Source of the DNA: Lama guanicoe
Lineage: Eukaryota
DNA: 64,000 nt
NCBI GenBank assembly: GCA_013239625.1
Contig: MU053934.1
Coordinates: 5,040,399 to 5,104,398, forward strand
Reading direction: 5' to 3'
This document shows positions 13,070-25,819 of this stretch, piece by piece. How positions within the stretch are numbered: the first letter of the stretch is position 1; every line of letters begins with the position of its first letter. Position numbers and translations under genes: made by a program. The notes under the pieces are model-generated. The model had not been told where the DNA came from, made no database searches, and was given only the letters and a program-made list of their open reading frames with translations.

Positions 13070-13525
13070 ATAACATCATTCTTAAATTCCTTAGCAGGGC
13101 GTACAAAGTCCTTTGTGAGCTGCCCGTATCTGTCTCCCAGCCTCATCCCCTGCTCCCTCCCCCACTCCCCGCACAAACACCCATTCCGGCTGTACTACCT
13201 TTAGTTACCAGGATGGTCCACTGTATTTTCTCTCATGCCTTTGAGGCTTTTAATATGTTGTCCCCTCTGCCTGAAATGCCCTTTCCTCCTTTAAACTGGA
13301 GTTCAAACATCACCTGCTCTATAAAGCCTTCCCTTATTACCCGGGCAGACTTAGACACTCTTTTTTCTGCTCACTTATCACTTAGATGTGTGTGATACCC
13401 CCTCTAAACAGATGTTCCATGAAGACAGGGGCCTTCTCTTTCCATCTACGTACCCCCGAGCTTAGGTCTGTACTAGGCACATGGCAGGTGCCTGACAAAC
13501 ATTCCTTGACTGAATGAATGAAATC
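13070..13525 (+). mobile_element. L2 LINE 3' fragment
   Basis: ccctctgcctgaaatgccctt...ggcacatggcaggtgc...tgactgaatgaatga. Confidence 0.65.
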
Positions 13526-13701
13526 CGGCATCGTCTCCACATTGGTCACTGTTTCCCCTCTCTCCATCGTCTAGGGTTTACTGCCATCATCAGTGAGTAT
13601 TCTTGGGCTGTGTCCGTGGCATCCGAGCAAGGCACTGGGGGAGCCTGTGGGGGATGCTTCCAGAGGGGTGACGACGGGTCTCTTGTCACATCTGTTTCTA
13701 G

Positions 13702-13824
13702 GACCGCCGTGGAGGCAGCCTGGACATAAACGACGGGCACTGTGGCGGGGTCCTGGGCAGTGAAATGAATGCCGCCCTCATGCACCGGAGACACACAGAC
13801 CCAGTGCAACTCCAGGTGATCGGG
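13702..13824 (+). CDS. GRAP2: GRAP2 coding exon, linker (DRRGGSLDINDGHCGGVLGSEMNAALMHRRHTDPVQLQVIG)
   Basis: tttctag acceptor; GGG|gtatgt donor gives 123 bp; retains the DIND and RRHTDP motifs; an alternative donor after 13815 is possible. Confidence 0.92.
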
Positions 13825-14465
13825 GTATGTGAATATCCCCCTCTGGGTTCAATGCAGGAGGCAAAGGGGACAATTAGAAAAACAGTTGGCCCGCCAGGAG
13901 AGATGCCAAACTGCGTGGAGCTCACACAGAGGTGCTGGGAACCCAGCAAGGGACGGTGGGGTGAGAATTCCCGGGCAGAGCCGATCCCAGCTGGCACCAT
14001 CCAGCCTGTTCTTCTCAGCCTGGCTGTCGGGCCTTGCCCGGTCCTCATAGCTCCTGGCTGCGATTCTAGCAGAGGGTGATCTGTTGCCTTTATCACCGAG
14101 ATCCATCTTGACTTGGCTGCGCTGGCACCAAGGGCTGTTGGTTTGGGCACACTGCGTTCTGTTTGTCACTTGAAGAGAATAAAAAGACCACCTCTTGATG
14201 TAGGGAGAGTCGTTCTCCAGGATCCTCCTGGGGCCTTGGAGAAGAACGTCTCCGTTGCTCAGGACTCTGTATCCGGGTCTGCTTTCAGTTGCAATGGGGT
14301 TTGAAATGTCTCTGGGGAGCCATTCATCAGCCTTTAGGGCGGGCTGCTCTCAGAGGGCTTTGTCTCAGTGCCAGGCCCAGCAGAGACTCTTCTGTGAGCC
14401 AGCGGCTCCGACACCAGCTCGGCCACCCCCAGCTCAGCAGAACCTCTCTGTGCTTCCCCCAACAG

Positions 14466-14645
14466 CGAGTGCGGTGGGCCCGGGCGCTGTACGACTTTGA
14501 GGCCCTGGAGGATGACGAGCTGGGATTCCAGTGCGGAGAGGTGGTGGAGGTCCTGGACAGCGCCAACCCGTCCTGGTGGACTGGCCGCCTGCACAACAAA
14601 CTGGGCCTCTTCCCGGCCAACTACGTAGCGCCCATGATGCGGTGA
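14466..14645 (+). CDS. GRAP2: GRAP2 last coding exon, C-terminal SH3 (RVRWARALYDFEALEDDELGF...GLFPANYVAPMMR*)
   Basis: Within ORF 14289..14645; ccccaacag acceptor; ALYDF, WW and FPANYV SH3 hallmarks; TGA stop at 14643-14645. Confidence 0.97.
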   Translation, partial: RVRWARALYDFEALEDDELGFQCGEVVEVLDSANPSWWTGRLHNKLGLFPANYVAPMMR

Positions 14646-15928
14646 AGCCCTCCTGGAGGAATCAGAGGCTCTTGTCTGAAGCTGCCTGCAAGTGAGGGGG
14701 CAAGAAAGAGAAGCTGGAACTACGTAAACATACGTGTGTGTGTGTGCATATACACGCATACATACATACACACACATATATGCCTATGTATACAAACATT
14801 TTATAATAGTAATTTATTGGCAGTTTAGTTGGTTGATTAGTTAATATGAAAGGAACTCAGGTAGAGAATTCTATTTTTACTTATTTTCCCTCCCCTCAGC
14901 GGATGTGCAGAAGGCAGTGGGGGAGTTGGGAAGCGGGGGCAGCGAAATGAAATTGAAATTCTTCCTGTCCTTAAGATGCACCGCTTCACTTCCTCCTGGT
15001 CTTGAGAATTTTTGCTGAGAGTTGCTAAGCAGGGATCCACATCTGGCGTTGGACAGGGAACAGCAGGGCGGAGTTGGGCCTGGTGGGGCGTGTTCCAGCT
15101 TACCCGCCAGTCCTCCTTACCCTGAGGGCATGCAGGGCAGCTTCCCTCCTGTTCTCCAGGATGGGCACTGCTGCACTGGGGCTGAAGTCTGAATGGGCGC
15201 GGGAAGGGGTACGAGGCTAGGGCTGGCCCCCTGGCTGGTGCTCAGCCGAGACTTTCATCTCCCTGCAGTGAACATTCCTCAGCTCATCCTCCTCCCTGCG
15301 GCTGACGTGGAGAAATGGAGGCTCCGCCAGGAGCGGGGCGCTGGGAAATGGAGGGATTGTTCACAAATCCCCCAGGGGCTTACTTGAGTGAAACCTGTTT
15401 CTCCGGCGACCAACAGGGCAACATCCTAGACTCTGTATAGTGCTTGGAGAAGCCCTGGCCGAGAATGCTGGATTTTAGAGCCATGGTTTTACGGTTACAA
15501 GGGTTTCTCTTCAGGGCATTATTTGTTTTCCCTCTTGGTTGTCTGCGTTTTGAAGATGCTTTCCCCAGTGGCACAGAGAGAAGCTCACTCTATGGGAGCG
15601 TTGCGTTCGCGATTGACCCATCGATTGGTTGGTTGGTTGATTGACCATGACCCTGAGCCAGAGCTGGCTTTGAGAGAGCTTCCTGTTCCCTCTGACTGTT
15701 GGACCACTGCTGGCACCTCCCCTGCCCTACAAGCTGCACCTGGGGAAGGAACCCCACTGCCACTGTCTCCCCTTGTCACCTCAAAATAGAATTGTGTTTC
15801 CCTGAGCTCACCCTGGGGGCGTGAATCACAGACCAGCCTGGCTGGGGAGCAGGGACCCTGGAGGTGGAGGCTCAGTGTTTTAGTGGAGCCAGAACAAGCC
15901 TGTCTGCCCTGAGGGCACCCAGGAGGGG

Positions 15929-15990
15929 TGTGTGTGTGTGTGTGTGTGTGTGCAAGTCTGTGTGTGTGTGCACGTGTGCGTGCACACACG
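15929..15990. repeat. (TG)12 plus (TG)n microsatellite in the putative GRAP2 3' UTR
   Basis: Direct reading. Confidence 0.9.
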
Positions 15991-16658
15991 CTGAGACAGG
16001 AAAGAAAGGGTTGGGGCGGAAGTGCTGGTGAGGGAGCGCGGGGGTGGGGGGGCCTGTTGCTTTGTCCTCTTCCCAGACCTTCCTGCTAAGGAAGGACCAG
16101 GCAGCCACGAGCAAAGGTGATGTAAGAAGAGTTTCTGACTCAGAAGTAACAGTCAGTGTCACGTCCGTAGGCTGTGTCCCTTTGCCTCTGAATTCCACGA
16201 TTCTCTGATCCCCGTGTTGCCTTTAGAGAAGCAGGGAGAAAGAAAGGACTCTGTAGTGGGTCTCAGGAGGGAAGAGAAAACAGCCTGAGACAGGCAGGGG
16301 CAGTGGAATGAGGAGCGTCTCACAGCCTTTGGAAAGGAAAGTGCAGGAGGGGGTTAGCGAGGACGGTTCAGAAGGTCAAGGAGCAGCTTGAGAGGCACAA
16401 AGGGAGGAGAAGGGACAGGAGGTTACGTGCCACAGGCGAGGAAGACATCGGGTGCCGAGTCAGCGGACAGACATCGCCCAGGAAGGAGGGATGGAGGCAG
16501 GTGGCAAGGGAGGAATTGGAGCAGAGGAACGCAGACCGCGGAAGGCAGGGGGCGAAGACACCACAGGAATGAAGACAAACGAATGGGAGAAAGAGAGCAA
16601 AGGCCGAGCAGCCCTACTAAGCTATTTCGGTGCTAGAGAATGTGAACATGCTACAGGA

Positions 16659-16890
16659 AATAAAAGCCAAAAGTGGTGTTTGATCTGACAGGATTTACAA
16701 ACCATATGCTTTAACCAGCTCACAAACTTCATCCATTTGTCTGATTATGTGGGAGGACCAGCCCCAGTGAAGACAGAGGGAAAAGATTTGGTTCTGGCCT
16801 GGGTTTTGTGCCTTGAAACACATCTCAAGGAAGCAGTAATAAAACGAGTGCCTTTGTTTTGCCAGCTGTGTCTGGTGTCTGTGTCACACA
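16659..16890 (+). terminator. GRAP2: Candidate GRAP2 polyadenylation region with two AATAAA signals (16659 and 16838)
   Basis: First AATAAA hexamers I found after the stop; the 16838 site is followed by a GT/T-rich element (ctttgttttgccagctgtgtctggtgtctgtgt). Confidence 0.6.
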
Positions 16891-18119
16891 CGCCTCAGGT
16901 GGGGGCCCGGGGTCACTGGCCTCGAGGGGCTGACCACGCAGGGTGGGCAGAGCTTTCAAGCCCCTGGAACCAGACCTTCTGTTCCAGCAGAGGCCGTTGT
17001 GGGAGTGTTTTTAATTGCAGTGCTGAAACAGCCTTGTCCCTGCATGTCACATGTCTCATTTCAGAAGGAAGGGAGAGTCATCCTAACCACCCACAGGAAA
17101 CAAGGGCCCACGGGGGACAAGGCCACTCTGTCCATGCTGTCCGGGAGGGGAGGCTGACACTCCTTGGCCTCTGGCACTGCCTAGGGCAAGTTGCTCTCCA
17201 CCTGACAGCATCTCAGCTGCAGGGGAGTGTCCCATCCTCCGTCCCCTGGTGCCTCTCACCAGCCACACAACCAGGAAACAATACGTTGTCTCTGAATTCA
17301 GCTGAACTGCTCTGCGTGACTTGGGACGGGGAACTTCCAGAGAAAATCTGGTTCCTGTTGGACCAGTTCTGTCTCCCTAACAGCTGGCTGACTCTTGAAG
17401 CATTTCAAATATCTTGCCCTGGCCACTCACTGCCCACCGGCTTTTCTATGGCTTTGGGGTAACCTGAGACCATACTTCTCAAAATGAATGTGCCTATGAA
17501 TTTCCTGGGGAGTGTGTTAAAAAATGCAGATTCTGATTCAATCCAGCATTTCTCTCAAGCTCTGATTGCTGGGTCCATGGGCCATACTTGAACAGCAAGG
17601 GCAAATGACTTGGCCATGAGCTGGACAGCTACGGACATCTAATTGAAGCCCTCTTCTAGGTATATTCAGTCATTTTTCTTTATTGCTAACAGATAAGTCA
17701 CTTCGGCTGTGGGATAGACACACGATTCAAAGCTGTCATAACATCCTTCGTGTTTGGCAGCCCAGATTTCTTATTTTAGCATCTTCATTTCCATCGAGAA
17801 TCAGGAAACTTAAGGGCAAGAAGCACTCGGATAAAATACAAACGGGGATTTCCCAACAATAATTGTTGTAAACATGAGCAAAGGTTATAGAAGTTACGAA
17901 AGATTTCCCAGGAGATCCTTAATCGCCCATCAGGTGTGGTCCTACTTGGGGGCAGGGGAGTGGCTCCTGTGACATCATCAGATCTCAGGTAACTCAAAGA
18001 GAAATAGGCCGCATGGGGGACAGGCTGGCATGGTCCAAATATTTACTGTTCGCCCTGTCAAAAGTCAACACTTTGGCCTGTCTACACCAAGGCAAGAGCC
18101 TGAGAAAAACATTGTTGCC

Positions 18120-18780
18120 AGTACCCCTCAGATTCCTCCACTTCTTTCTGTCACCACAGCCATGCCACGGTCATAACCTCCCCCAGGCAACTGAATTCAC
18201 CTCCCCCCTTTCCTTCCTTCCTGCCCTCTTGTTCTCCACACAGACCACAGAGCAAGCTTCAGAAAGTGTGGATCTGATGACTTCACTCCTCTACCCAACA
18301 CACTTAGGTTTAAATCCAAAGTCCCAGTGCGGCCCTGTGAGGCCTGGCCCCTACCACCCTCTCCAGCCTCTCTCCTCCTTGCTTTCATACCCCTGCCCCA
18401 CTGGCCTTCTCTCAGCCTCCAGATGGCTGAGGATTTGCCCCCAGATCGTTCACGCCTGCTGTTCCCTCTCCCCGGAATGCACATCCCCTGTTCTCTACTT
18501 GACTTGCTCCCATGCATCTCCAGGTCTCGGTTTAAACATCACTTGCCCAAATTGTCCTTTCCTAACCCTTAATGTAGAATAATCCTTCCCACTAGATGAT
18601 CTTGTGGTTCCCAGAGCTCCTCCTGAATAGCACATGCACAGATGATTTGTATGACTGTTAGACGGTAAGCTCCGCAGGCGCAGGATCATCTGTTTTGTAA
18701 ACCATTGTACGCCCAGCATCTAGCACTGTTCATGGCACACCAAGCCTCAATAAATATTTGTTTAGTGAATGAACAAGTGA
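18120..18780 (+). mobile_element. L2 LINE 3' fragment
   Basis: cccagcatctagcactg...ctcaataaatatttgtttagtgaatgaa. Confidence 0.65.
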
Positions 18781-18877
18781 AACCTGCCTCATCTCACCTG
18801 TCATTCATTCCGTAATCCAAATGTCCCAGGCCTTACAGACCCACACGTACACACAAGGTGATATTAACATTGATGCC

Positions 18878-18937
18878 CTTTATGCTGTACACCAGGAATC
18901 AAAACATTGTAACTGACTATACTTCAATTAAAAAAAA
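18878..18937 (+). mobile_element. Short 3' end fragment of a relatively young L1
   Basis: tatgctgtacaccag...acattgtaactgactatacttcaatt + A tail, resembling artiodactyl L1 3' termini. Confidence 0.65.
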
Positions 18938-20000
18938 TTACAAATGCCCAAATTACAGTAGCTCTTAGCCACCCGCCCTCAACATCTCCAGTTACTTCTC
19001 CGTCCACAAGGTGGAGGGGGCTTATCACTCATGAGTTTAAGTGCCAGTCTGCTGGTATCTTCTCTGGCCACATTTGGTCCCCAAGAACACCCTCTGCTGA
19101 CAACGTCTTCCCTGATGCTGCAGAGCCACCATGTACTGGATCTGTCTATTGGTGAAACAGCCCGATCCTTTAGGAAAGCAAATCTGCCCTGCAGTCCATG
19201 AGGCCTGGGGGTTGGGGAAGGGGGTCAGGTGGAGAATGGCCTGCACTGAGCTCTGAGCAGCCCTTGTCCCTGGGTCCCAGAGAGGCACTGCTTGGGTCCA
19301 GGGTCCCCCACGGCTTGTTCCCTTTTCACTGGAGTCCTCCCTCCATCAGACAGGACAGGGGAGGCCACCTTCCCCTCCATCTCTCTTCCTATTGCCCTTT
19401 TCTCCTTCAGCTGAAAAAAAAAAAAGCCCTGGACCTCTTCATTTGTGCAATAGCTACCATCCAGAGTCCCAGGGGATGTGCACCCAAGTTGTACAATCTG
19501 GGCTTGGCTATCACTCATTCAGTAAATCAACAGATACTTACAAAGCACCTCATTGGAGCCAGATACAGTCAGCCATCGGATCTTCACATCCCTTTACTCT
19601 GCCCTCTCTCTGCTTCTATCTACGTGGCGTCATTGCCTCATCTCAGACGTCCCTCACTTCTCTCCCAGGTGACTGCAGTCGTCTCAGAACTGGTCTCCCT
19701 GCTTCCTGGTTGGGCCTCTCTAATCCAGCCTCCATCATATACCAGAGAGATCTTACTAACTTGCAAAGCTGACGGCATCAGGCTCCTGTTAAAGCCGTCA
19801 GGGGATCCCCGTAGCTTTCAGGCTGAAGTTTAAACTCCTTAGCCTTGCACTAAAGACATTGTGTGATCGGACTGCTGCCTGTTTGCTCAGCAGATATTCC
19901 TGTCTCTTCCCAGAGTGAGTCACGTTGTCTCAGGCCTCTGAGTCTTCCCACTCTGTTCCTTCTGCCTGGAACGCCCTTCTCCCACGTTTTTTGTCCAGAC

Positions 20001-20160
20001 TGGTGCTGTCCAATAGGACTTTCTGCAGTAGTGATGGAAAGGTTCTCTATTTGCTCTGACCAATGCAGTGGCCTCTGGCCATGTGTGCAGTGTGTCTAGT
20101 GAGTGAGTTAAATAGCCAGAAGTGACTACCTTACTGGGCGGAATGGATCTGGACAACGGC
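20001..20160 (+). mobile_element. MER3-like hAT fragment
   Basis: gtgctgtccaataggactttctgcagtagtgatggaaaggttct. Confidence 0.6.
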
Positions 20161-20396
20161 TACTCAGTTTAAAGAGCTTAGCTCAGAGCTCAAGTTCTGC
20201 ACTGGGAAGCCATCCCAACTTCATGGCTGATGTAGATACCCCTCCTTCATGTCCCATAGCATCCGTGCTTCTATGCCAGTTCTCAGAACTCCGTACTATA
20301 GCCAGCGGTGCAGCACCCTGCCTCCCCCAGTGGGACTGAAAATGTTTGAGGATAAGGGCAAAAAAATTCACCCAATAAATCAATGATGCGTGAATG

Positions 20397-21723
20397 CATT
20401 AGTGTGCTGCTAAAGGTGTTTAACTACTGCCTCTCGGGGGAAAGGCCCTGATGTGTCGTGTTCATCAATTCTGTGATGTAAATATTCCTACCATGTGTCC
20501 AGAGAATGAGAAGACAAGCCACAGAATGGGAGAACATCTTTGCCAAAGTCACATCTGATAGGTATGTTTTCTAAGACTACTATCCAAAATACGCAAAGAA
20601 TTCTTAAAACCCAGCAACAAGAAATGACCAACCTGATTCAAAAATGAGCAAAAGGCTTGAACAGACACCTCACTGGAGAAGATATAAGATCACAAATAAG
20701 ATGCTCATGAAAAGATGCTCAACATTATCTGTCATTAGGGAAATGCAGATTGAAACAATGAGATACCACTACACACCTCTTAGAAAATCCAAGATCCAAA
20801 ACACTGACAACACCAAATACTGGCGAGGACTTAGAGCAACAGGAACTCTCATTCACCGCTGGGGCAAATGAATTGAAATCAAAGTGGTACAGCCACTTTG
20901 AAAGATAGTTTGGCAGTTTCTTCCAAATTAAACATATAACATACGATCCAGCAATCATGGTCCTTGGCATTTACCCAAAGGGGCTGAAAACATGTCCACA
21001 CAAAAACCGGCAGATGAATGTTTATAGCAGCTTTATTCGTAATTGCCAGCACTTGAAGGCAACCAAGATGTCCTTCAGTAAGTTAATGTATAAATAAACT
21101 GCAGGACATTCAGACAAAGGAATACTATATCAGTGCTAAAAATAAATGACCTATTAAGCCATGAAAAGACACGAAGGAAACGTAAATGCATATTATTAAG
21201 TGAAAGAAACCAATCTGGAGAGGCTGCATGCTGTATGATTCCAACTGTATGACATTTCGGAAAAGGCAAAACCATAGAGACAGTAAAAAAATCAAAGTTT
21301 TCCAAGGGCCACGGGGGAGAAGAATAGGTGGAACAGAGGAGTTTTAGGGTTTCATAGTGAACTATCCTTTATGATACTCTAATGGCGGCAACGTGTCATT
21401 ATACACTTGCCAAAACCCACACCAAGAGTGAACCCTGATGTAAGCTACATGATGTGTCATTGTAGGTTCATCAGCTGTAACACATGTACCACCCTGCTGG
21501 GGGATGTTGATTAACAGGGGAGGCTCTGCATGTGTGGGGATAGGAAGGATAAGAAAAATCTGCTCCTAAAACTGCTCTAAAAATTAAATCCATTTAGAAA
21601 AAAAAACCTCCCACCATGCCTGATTTCAAGCTATCACCATGCCATTACTGAACTCACAGTGGGGAAGAGATGTGCACAATTGGCTTTCACGAGCAGGTAG
21701 GGACCAGCCCGAATACACCACTG
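20397..21723 (+). mobile_element. MER63A-like hAT DNA transposon split by an L1 (halves 20397-20495 and 21604-21723)
   Basis: Termini CATTAGTGTGCTG...TACACCACTG, internal sequence matches recalled MER63A, 8-bp TSD CGTGAATG/CATGAATG. Confidence 0.72.
20496..21605 (+). mobile_element. 5'-truncated old L1 (L1MC-like), ORF2 end plus 3' UTR
   Basis: ORF 20644..20871 resembles decayed ORF2 C-terminus (MKRCSTLSVIREMQIETMRYHYTP); typical L1M 3' UTR; A tail; 15-bp TSD. Confidence 0.88.
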
Positions 21724-22019
21724 CATGAATGAATGAATGAATGAATGAAGTGTGCGGGATGCTAGGAATATGAGAGAGCCTTCAGGCTCTTTAAGAAAAG
21801 CATATTCAGACCTGTAAGAGGCTGGGCGTGCAGCTGCAGGTCCGATTTTAGTTCCAAGCCAGCAAATGAAGAATCAAGGTGTCATAGCTTTGACTTGTTC
21901 CGAGAGACATTTGCTTTCTTTGGATACTTTACCTTTAATACCAAGCTTTGTCCAGGCATCTACTGAGCACCCCACTCAGACTAGTGGAAAGTGAGTGACT
22001 CTGAGGCCAAGAAGCAAGA

Positions 22020-22410
22020 GGGTCAGTTAGGAGGACTTTGCCTGCAGAAATATGGAACCCTGACCGGAAGTATCCTAAACCACGAGGGGTTTATGGTGTA
22101 TCATACGAGACGTCCAGAGGAAGAGCAGTTCTTGGCTTGCTGGATTCAATGGCTCAACAATGCCATCCTTGGAGCATCAACAGTGTCTCTAGTCAGTGGC
22201 CGTTGCAGTTTCAGGCATCAGATGCAGACTGACAATATCCAATGAAGAAGAAACACATTCCTTCCCAATTTTGATTAGTGAGAAAGACCTTTCCCAGAGT
22301 CCTTTAGCAGCCATTCCCTCAGGTCCCTCTGGCAATGACCAGATCACTTGCCACCCTGAAACCAACCGCTTCCAAGGGATGAGACCACCGAGGTTGGCTT
22401 AGATCAACTG
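22020..22410. mobile_element. MLT1-like (MaLR) LTR remnant
   Basis: gtcagttagga...tggctcaacaatgccatc...agatcacttgccaccctgaaaccaa resemble recalled MLT1J/K. Confidence 0.45.
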
Positions 22411-24553
22411 GTGGGACCCCACAGGAGGCAGAATCCGGGAAGCCAGGCACAGATCTGCCCAGGGAAGAAGCAGGCAGGGTTGGGTGGCAGTGGGTGATGG
22501 CTGTCAAGACCCAACTCACAGGGAATATAAGAAAAAGATTCACTTATTTTATGGCCAGGTCATTCCGTAAACATTTCTTGAGATAATTAAGGAACAAGAA
22601 GGCAGCTGTGAGGGAACACAGCATCCCAGCTTTCCCCCTCCAGATTGAAATGCCTACAGGGACACACACACACACACATACAAACCCTGCCATCAGCCCT
22701 CCTCTACAGATTCCCACATGCAGATTAAGCCAGCATGTCTATGGGGACAGGTTCCATGCTATTCAAAGAAACCAGAAGGGTACACAGTGAGGCCCTGTGT
22801 CTGCCGTGGGGATGGGGGCCCCAGCCAGCCAGGGTCTGTGCCACAGTCCCAGCAACTCTCTGGCCTTCATGGGAGACTCCCCCACTCAGGTGCTTCCAGG
22901 TATGGCTCTATCCAGGGTCACCTGTGGCCACGATCTGACGTGGGTGATCCCTTTTCGACGGGTCTGAATTCCCCAGGGTGAGCAGCCTGGTGCCTCGCTC
23001 CCCCTGCTCTGACCTGGTTATGGGGAGTTGCTAGGTAACTGCTCCGCAGCCTGTGCTGCCCACGCCGGAGCAGGCCTGGTTACCATGGCAAGTCCAGATG
23101 AGCTGAGGCTTGCAGAGGAGAGGGAGCCCTGGCCGGGGGTCCGCAGCCTGGGCGCTGCCCTCACTCTCTCTGGGCCAGTGGTCCTCAGGGAAGTCTCTCC
23201 ACCCCTCTGGGTCTCAGTTTCCTTATCAGTAAAATGAGGGAGGGGCCATGTCTCTTCTTGCTCTAAACCACTGATGCACGCAGGCAGCATAAACGAAATA
23301 AACACTGATCATCAGACTCCCCTTAGGTAAGAATGACTCAAGATGAGTGCAGAAAAGGAATGGATTGAGTTGTCTGCCTTCAAAATAAAATAGAGAAACT
23401 AGCAAGCCTGTGTCTCCATTAGGACACAAAGAAATTACAGAGGTTCTCCCTTCTGTTGGTAGAAACTTAGCCTCGGGAATCAATGTTCATAAGTCTGTGG
23501 GCTCCCCAGCTTCTTTCCCGAACCCAGTCTTCCTAAAGATGTTCTCTTAGGGTCCCCAGCTTGCTAACGCCTGCTGTCCTATCAGACAGGGCCTGCCCAC
23601 TCCTGGGTCCTACTGGCCCTTCTGCACCTGCTGGAGCCACGTCTCAGGCCCGCCCTGCCCAGGTCCAGGTGCTGGGACCTCTGCTGTAGCCAGCGCCTCC
23701 CCTGTCTTGTTCATGCCGATCCCCGCCCCAGAATCCAGATTCACGCTGCTGAAGTTTCCTAACACCACTGCCATCCTGCCTGTCTGTCCGCCTGAATCTC
23801 CAAATACCTGCTGCTCCTTTCCCCACGCTCGCTTCACCCCCTCACCCCCGTGACTTTGTGCTGGAGACCCAGGTGCCGCTGGCTACATAGCACCACCACC
23901 AACACCCAATGTCCACTGTCACGGTGGCCCCTGTGACCCCAGAGGACAGGCTGGACCCCATCCAGCAGCTGGTTTGTCCAGTTCTGAGTCTTGGCCACTT
24001 CTGATCTTTCCCTCCTGCCATATACACGTGGTGAAAAGGATTATGTCTGAATGTGGCCCAGGATGCTGGAGTCAGATCAGGGAACATTCTCCACCCCCAC
24101 TTGACAGCCGACAGCCGAGTTTCCGCCTGGCTGGGGGCGGGTGGGAGGAGGAATTCATACCTCGTACAGAAGGAATGAGAACCACTGGGGTGATCGGGGA
24201 CTTTCAGCTGCCAGACGCACTCTGGGGCACTCTAGATTCTCCCAGCCTTGCAGAGAAGCCCCGTCTCTGAGCCCTGCACCCTAGTCCCCCCTTCTTTCTA
24301 ACTCCCCCTGCGGGCAATGTGGAAAAGTCAAGAAGGCACAAGCTTGAAACCAGTCAGACCTGGGCCCCAGTCCAGACTCTGCACCTGACAAGTCTGAGCC
24401 TTGACCTCTCCGAGCTATTCTAGAGAACTGGCGACAGCAGCACTGAGCTGTCACGAGAAGTCAACAAAATTGTAGGAACTACTTGGTGAGAGCCCAGCAC
24501 AGTGTGGGCAGCCCCACTGCACGCTCCGTCCTGGCAGAGGCAGCCTTCCCCAT

Positions 24554-24575
24554 CCCCCCCCCCCCCCCCCCCCCC
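24554..24575. repeat. C22 homopolymer
   Basis: Direct reading. Confidence 0.9.
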
Positions 24576-25819
24576 ATAGCCTGTGTACTCAGCCCCTTTG
24601 GGGTAAGTCTCTCGGCACTTGGCCGACTGATAACTTGCTGATACAGTAAACTATCTCGGGGAGAGCTCCCCGCCGGGGCCTCACCCACCCTCTTCCAGGT
24701 GACGACTGCTCTGCAGTGGTGGCCCACAGGGACAAAGTATCAAGGGTGCTGGCCAAATAGAGGCGTGATTCGCGGAGGGAGAATGCTGGGCGGGCAAGGC
24801 AGAGGCAGCATTTTGCAGCCACCATTACTTCCTCTGGTTGGTTGGCCTGCCTCCAAGCTCCCTGCTACCTCATCCAACCCAGATCAGGCACCTTCTCCAC
24901 CAGAAAACTTCCCCCAGCCATGCTTGGTTCCAGGGTCAAGAGATTCCCCCGAAATGAGGGGTGAGGTGGAGGCAGAAACTCTGGGCTACCCTCTGCCCTA
25001 AACCTTGCCCTGCATTTTCTGCTTTGGTGACTGTCCTCTTGCAGATCCCCCACCTGGAGTTCCCCTCCCTTTCTATTTCCCTCTGTCCACATTCTAGCCA
25101 GCCTGCAAGGCCAGGGAAAATGCCACCTCCTTCATAAAGTCTTCCTTGATTCCACCCTCAGCCTAGAGTAACTCTCCCTGTGTGGAACCTTCTCCTGACA
25201 TGTGGCTGTTCTGGCCTTACCCTGGAGGGGGATGTGTGCACGCGCGGGGTCTGTGCCTTGTGACTTTGGAGCCCAGTCCCCAAAGACAGGGATGAGCAGA
25301 CACTAGTAAATAAATAATCTCAGCTCAGGTCCCTTGGTTGGGGTTAGAGCTGTTTTAAAATTTGTCTAAAAATATTTCAGGCACACCCCAGTTCCCAGGA
25401 CTGCCAGCAACTGGGAAGGAGAGGTGTTTAGTCCCCAGGACTCTGCCCAGCAGGGGCGAAGACAGCTCAGGAGGGCGTGTGCTGCTCGGAACTCCCCACG
25501 TCTGTGCTGCTGCCAGGAGGAAGTGAGAAGAGGCTCCGTCTCTCTGGCGGCTGCCCTCCTGAAGCCTCCCAGCCTCAGATCCAACTGGGCAGAGCTCTCT
25601 CCCTCCACCAAATGTGGTCAGAGCCCAGCACTGGCTCTCTCTGCCTCTGCCAGTCGCATCCATCTCAAGCACAGTTTGCATCCTGCCATTTCCTAGCTCC
25701 CGCACCATCCATGGCTCCTGTGGCCAACAGAGTCAAGTTCAAACTCACCATGGAATTCAAGGATTCAAGAATTTTCACGAGGTCTGTATCTCTGGCCTAT
25801 CCCTCTCCCGGTCCTTGCC

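Noticed and set aside
16737..19833. ORFs of 189-241 aa downstream of GRAP2
   Set aside because: No recognisable protein family or exon structure; the 18013 and 19198 ORFs overlap decayed L2 sequence
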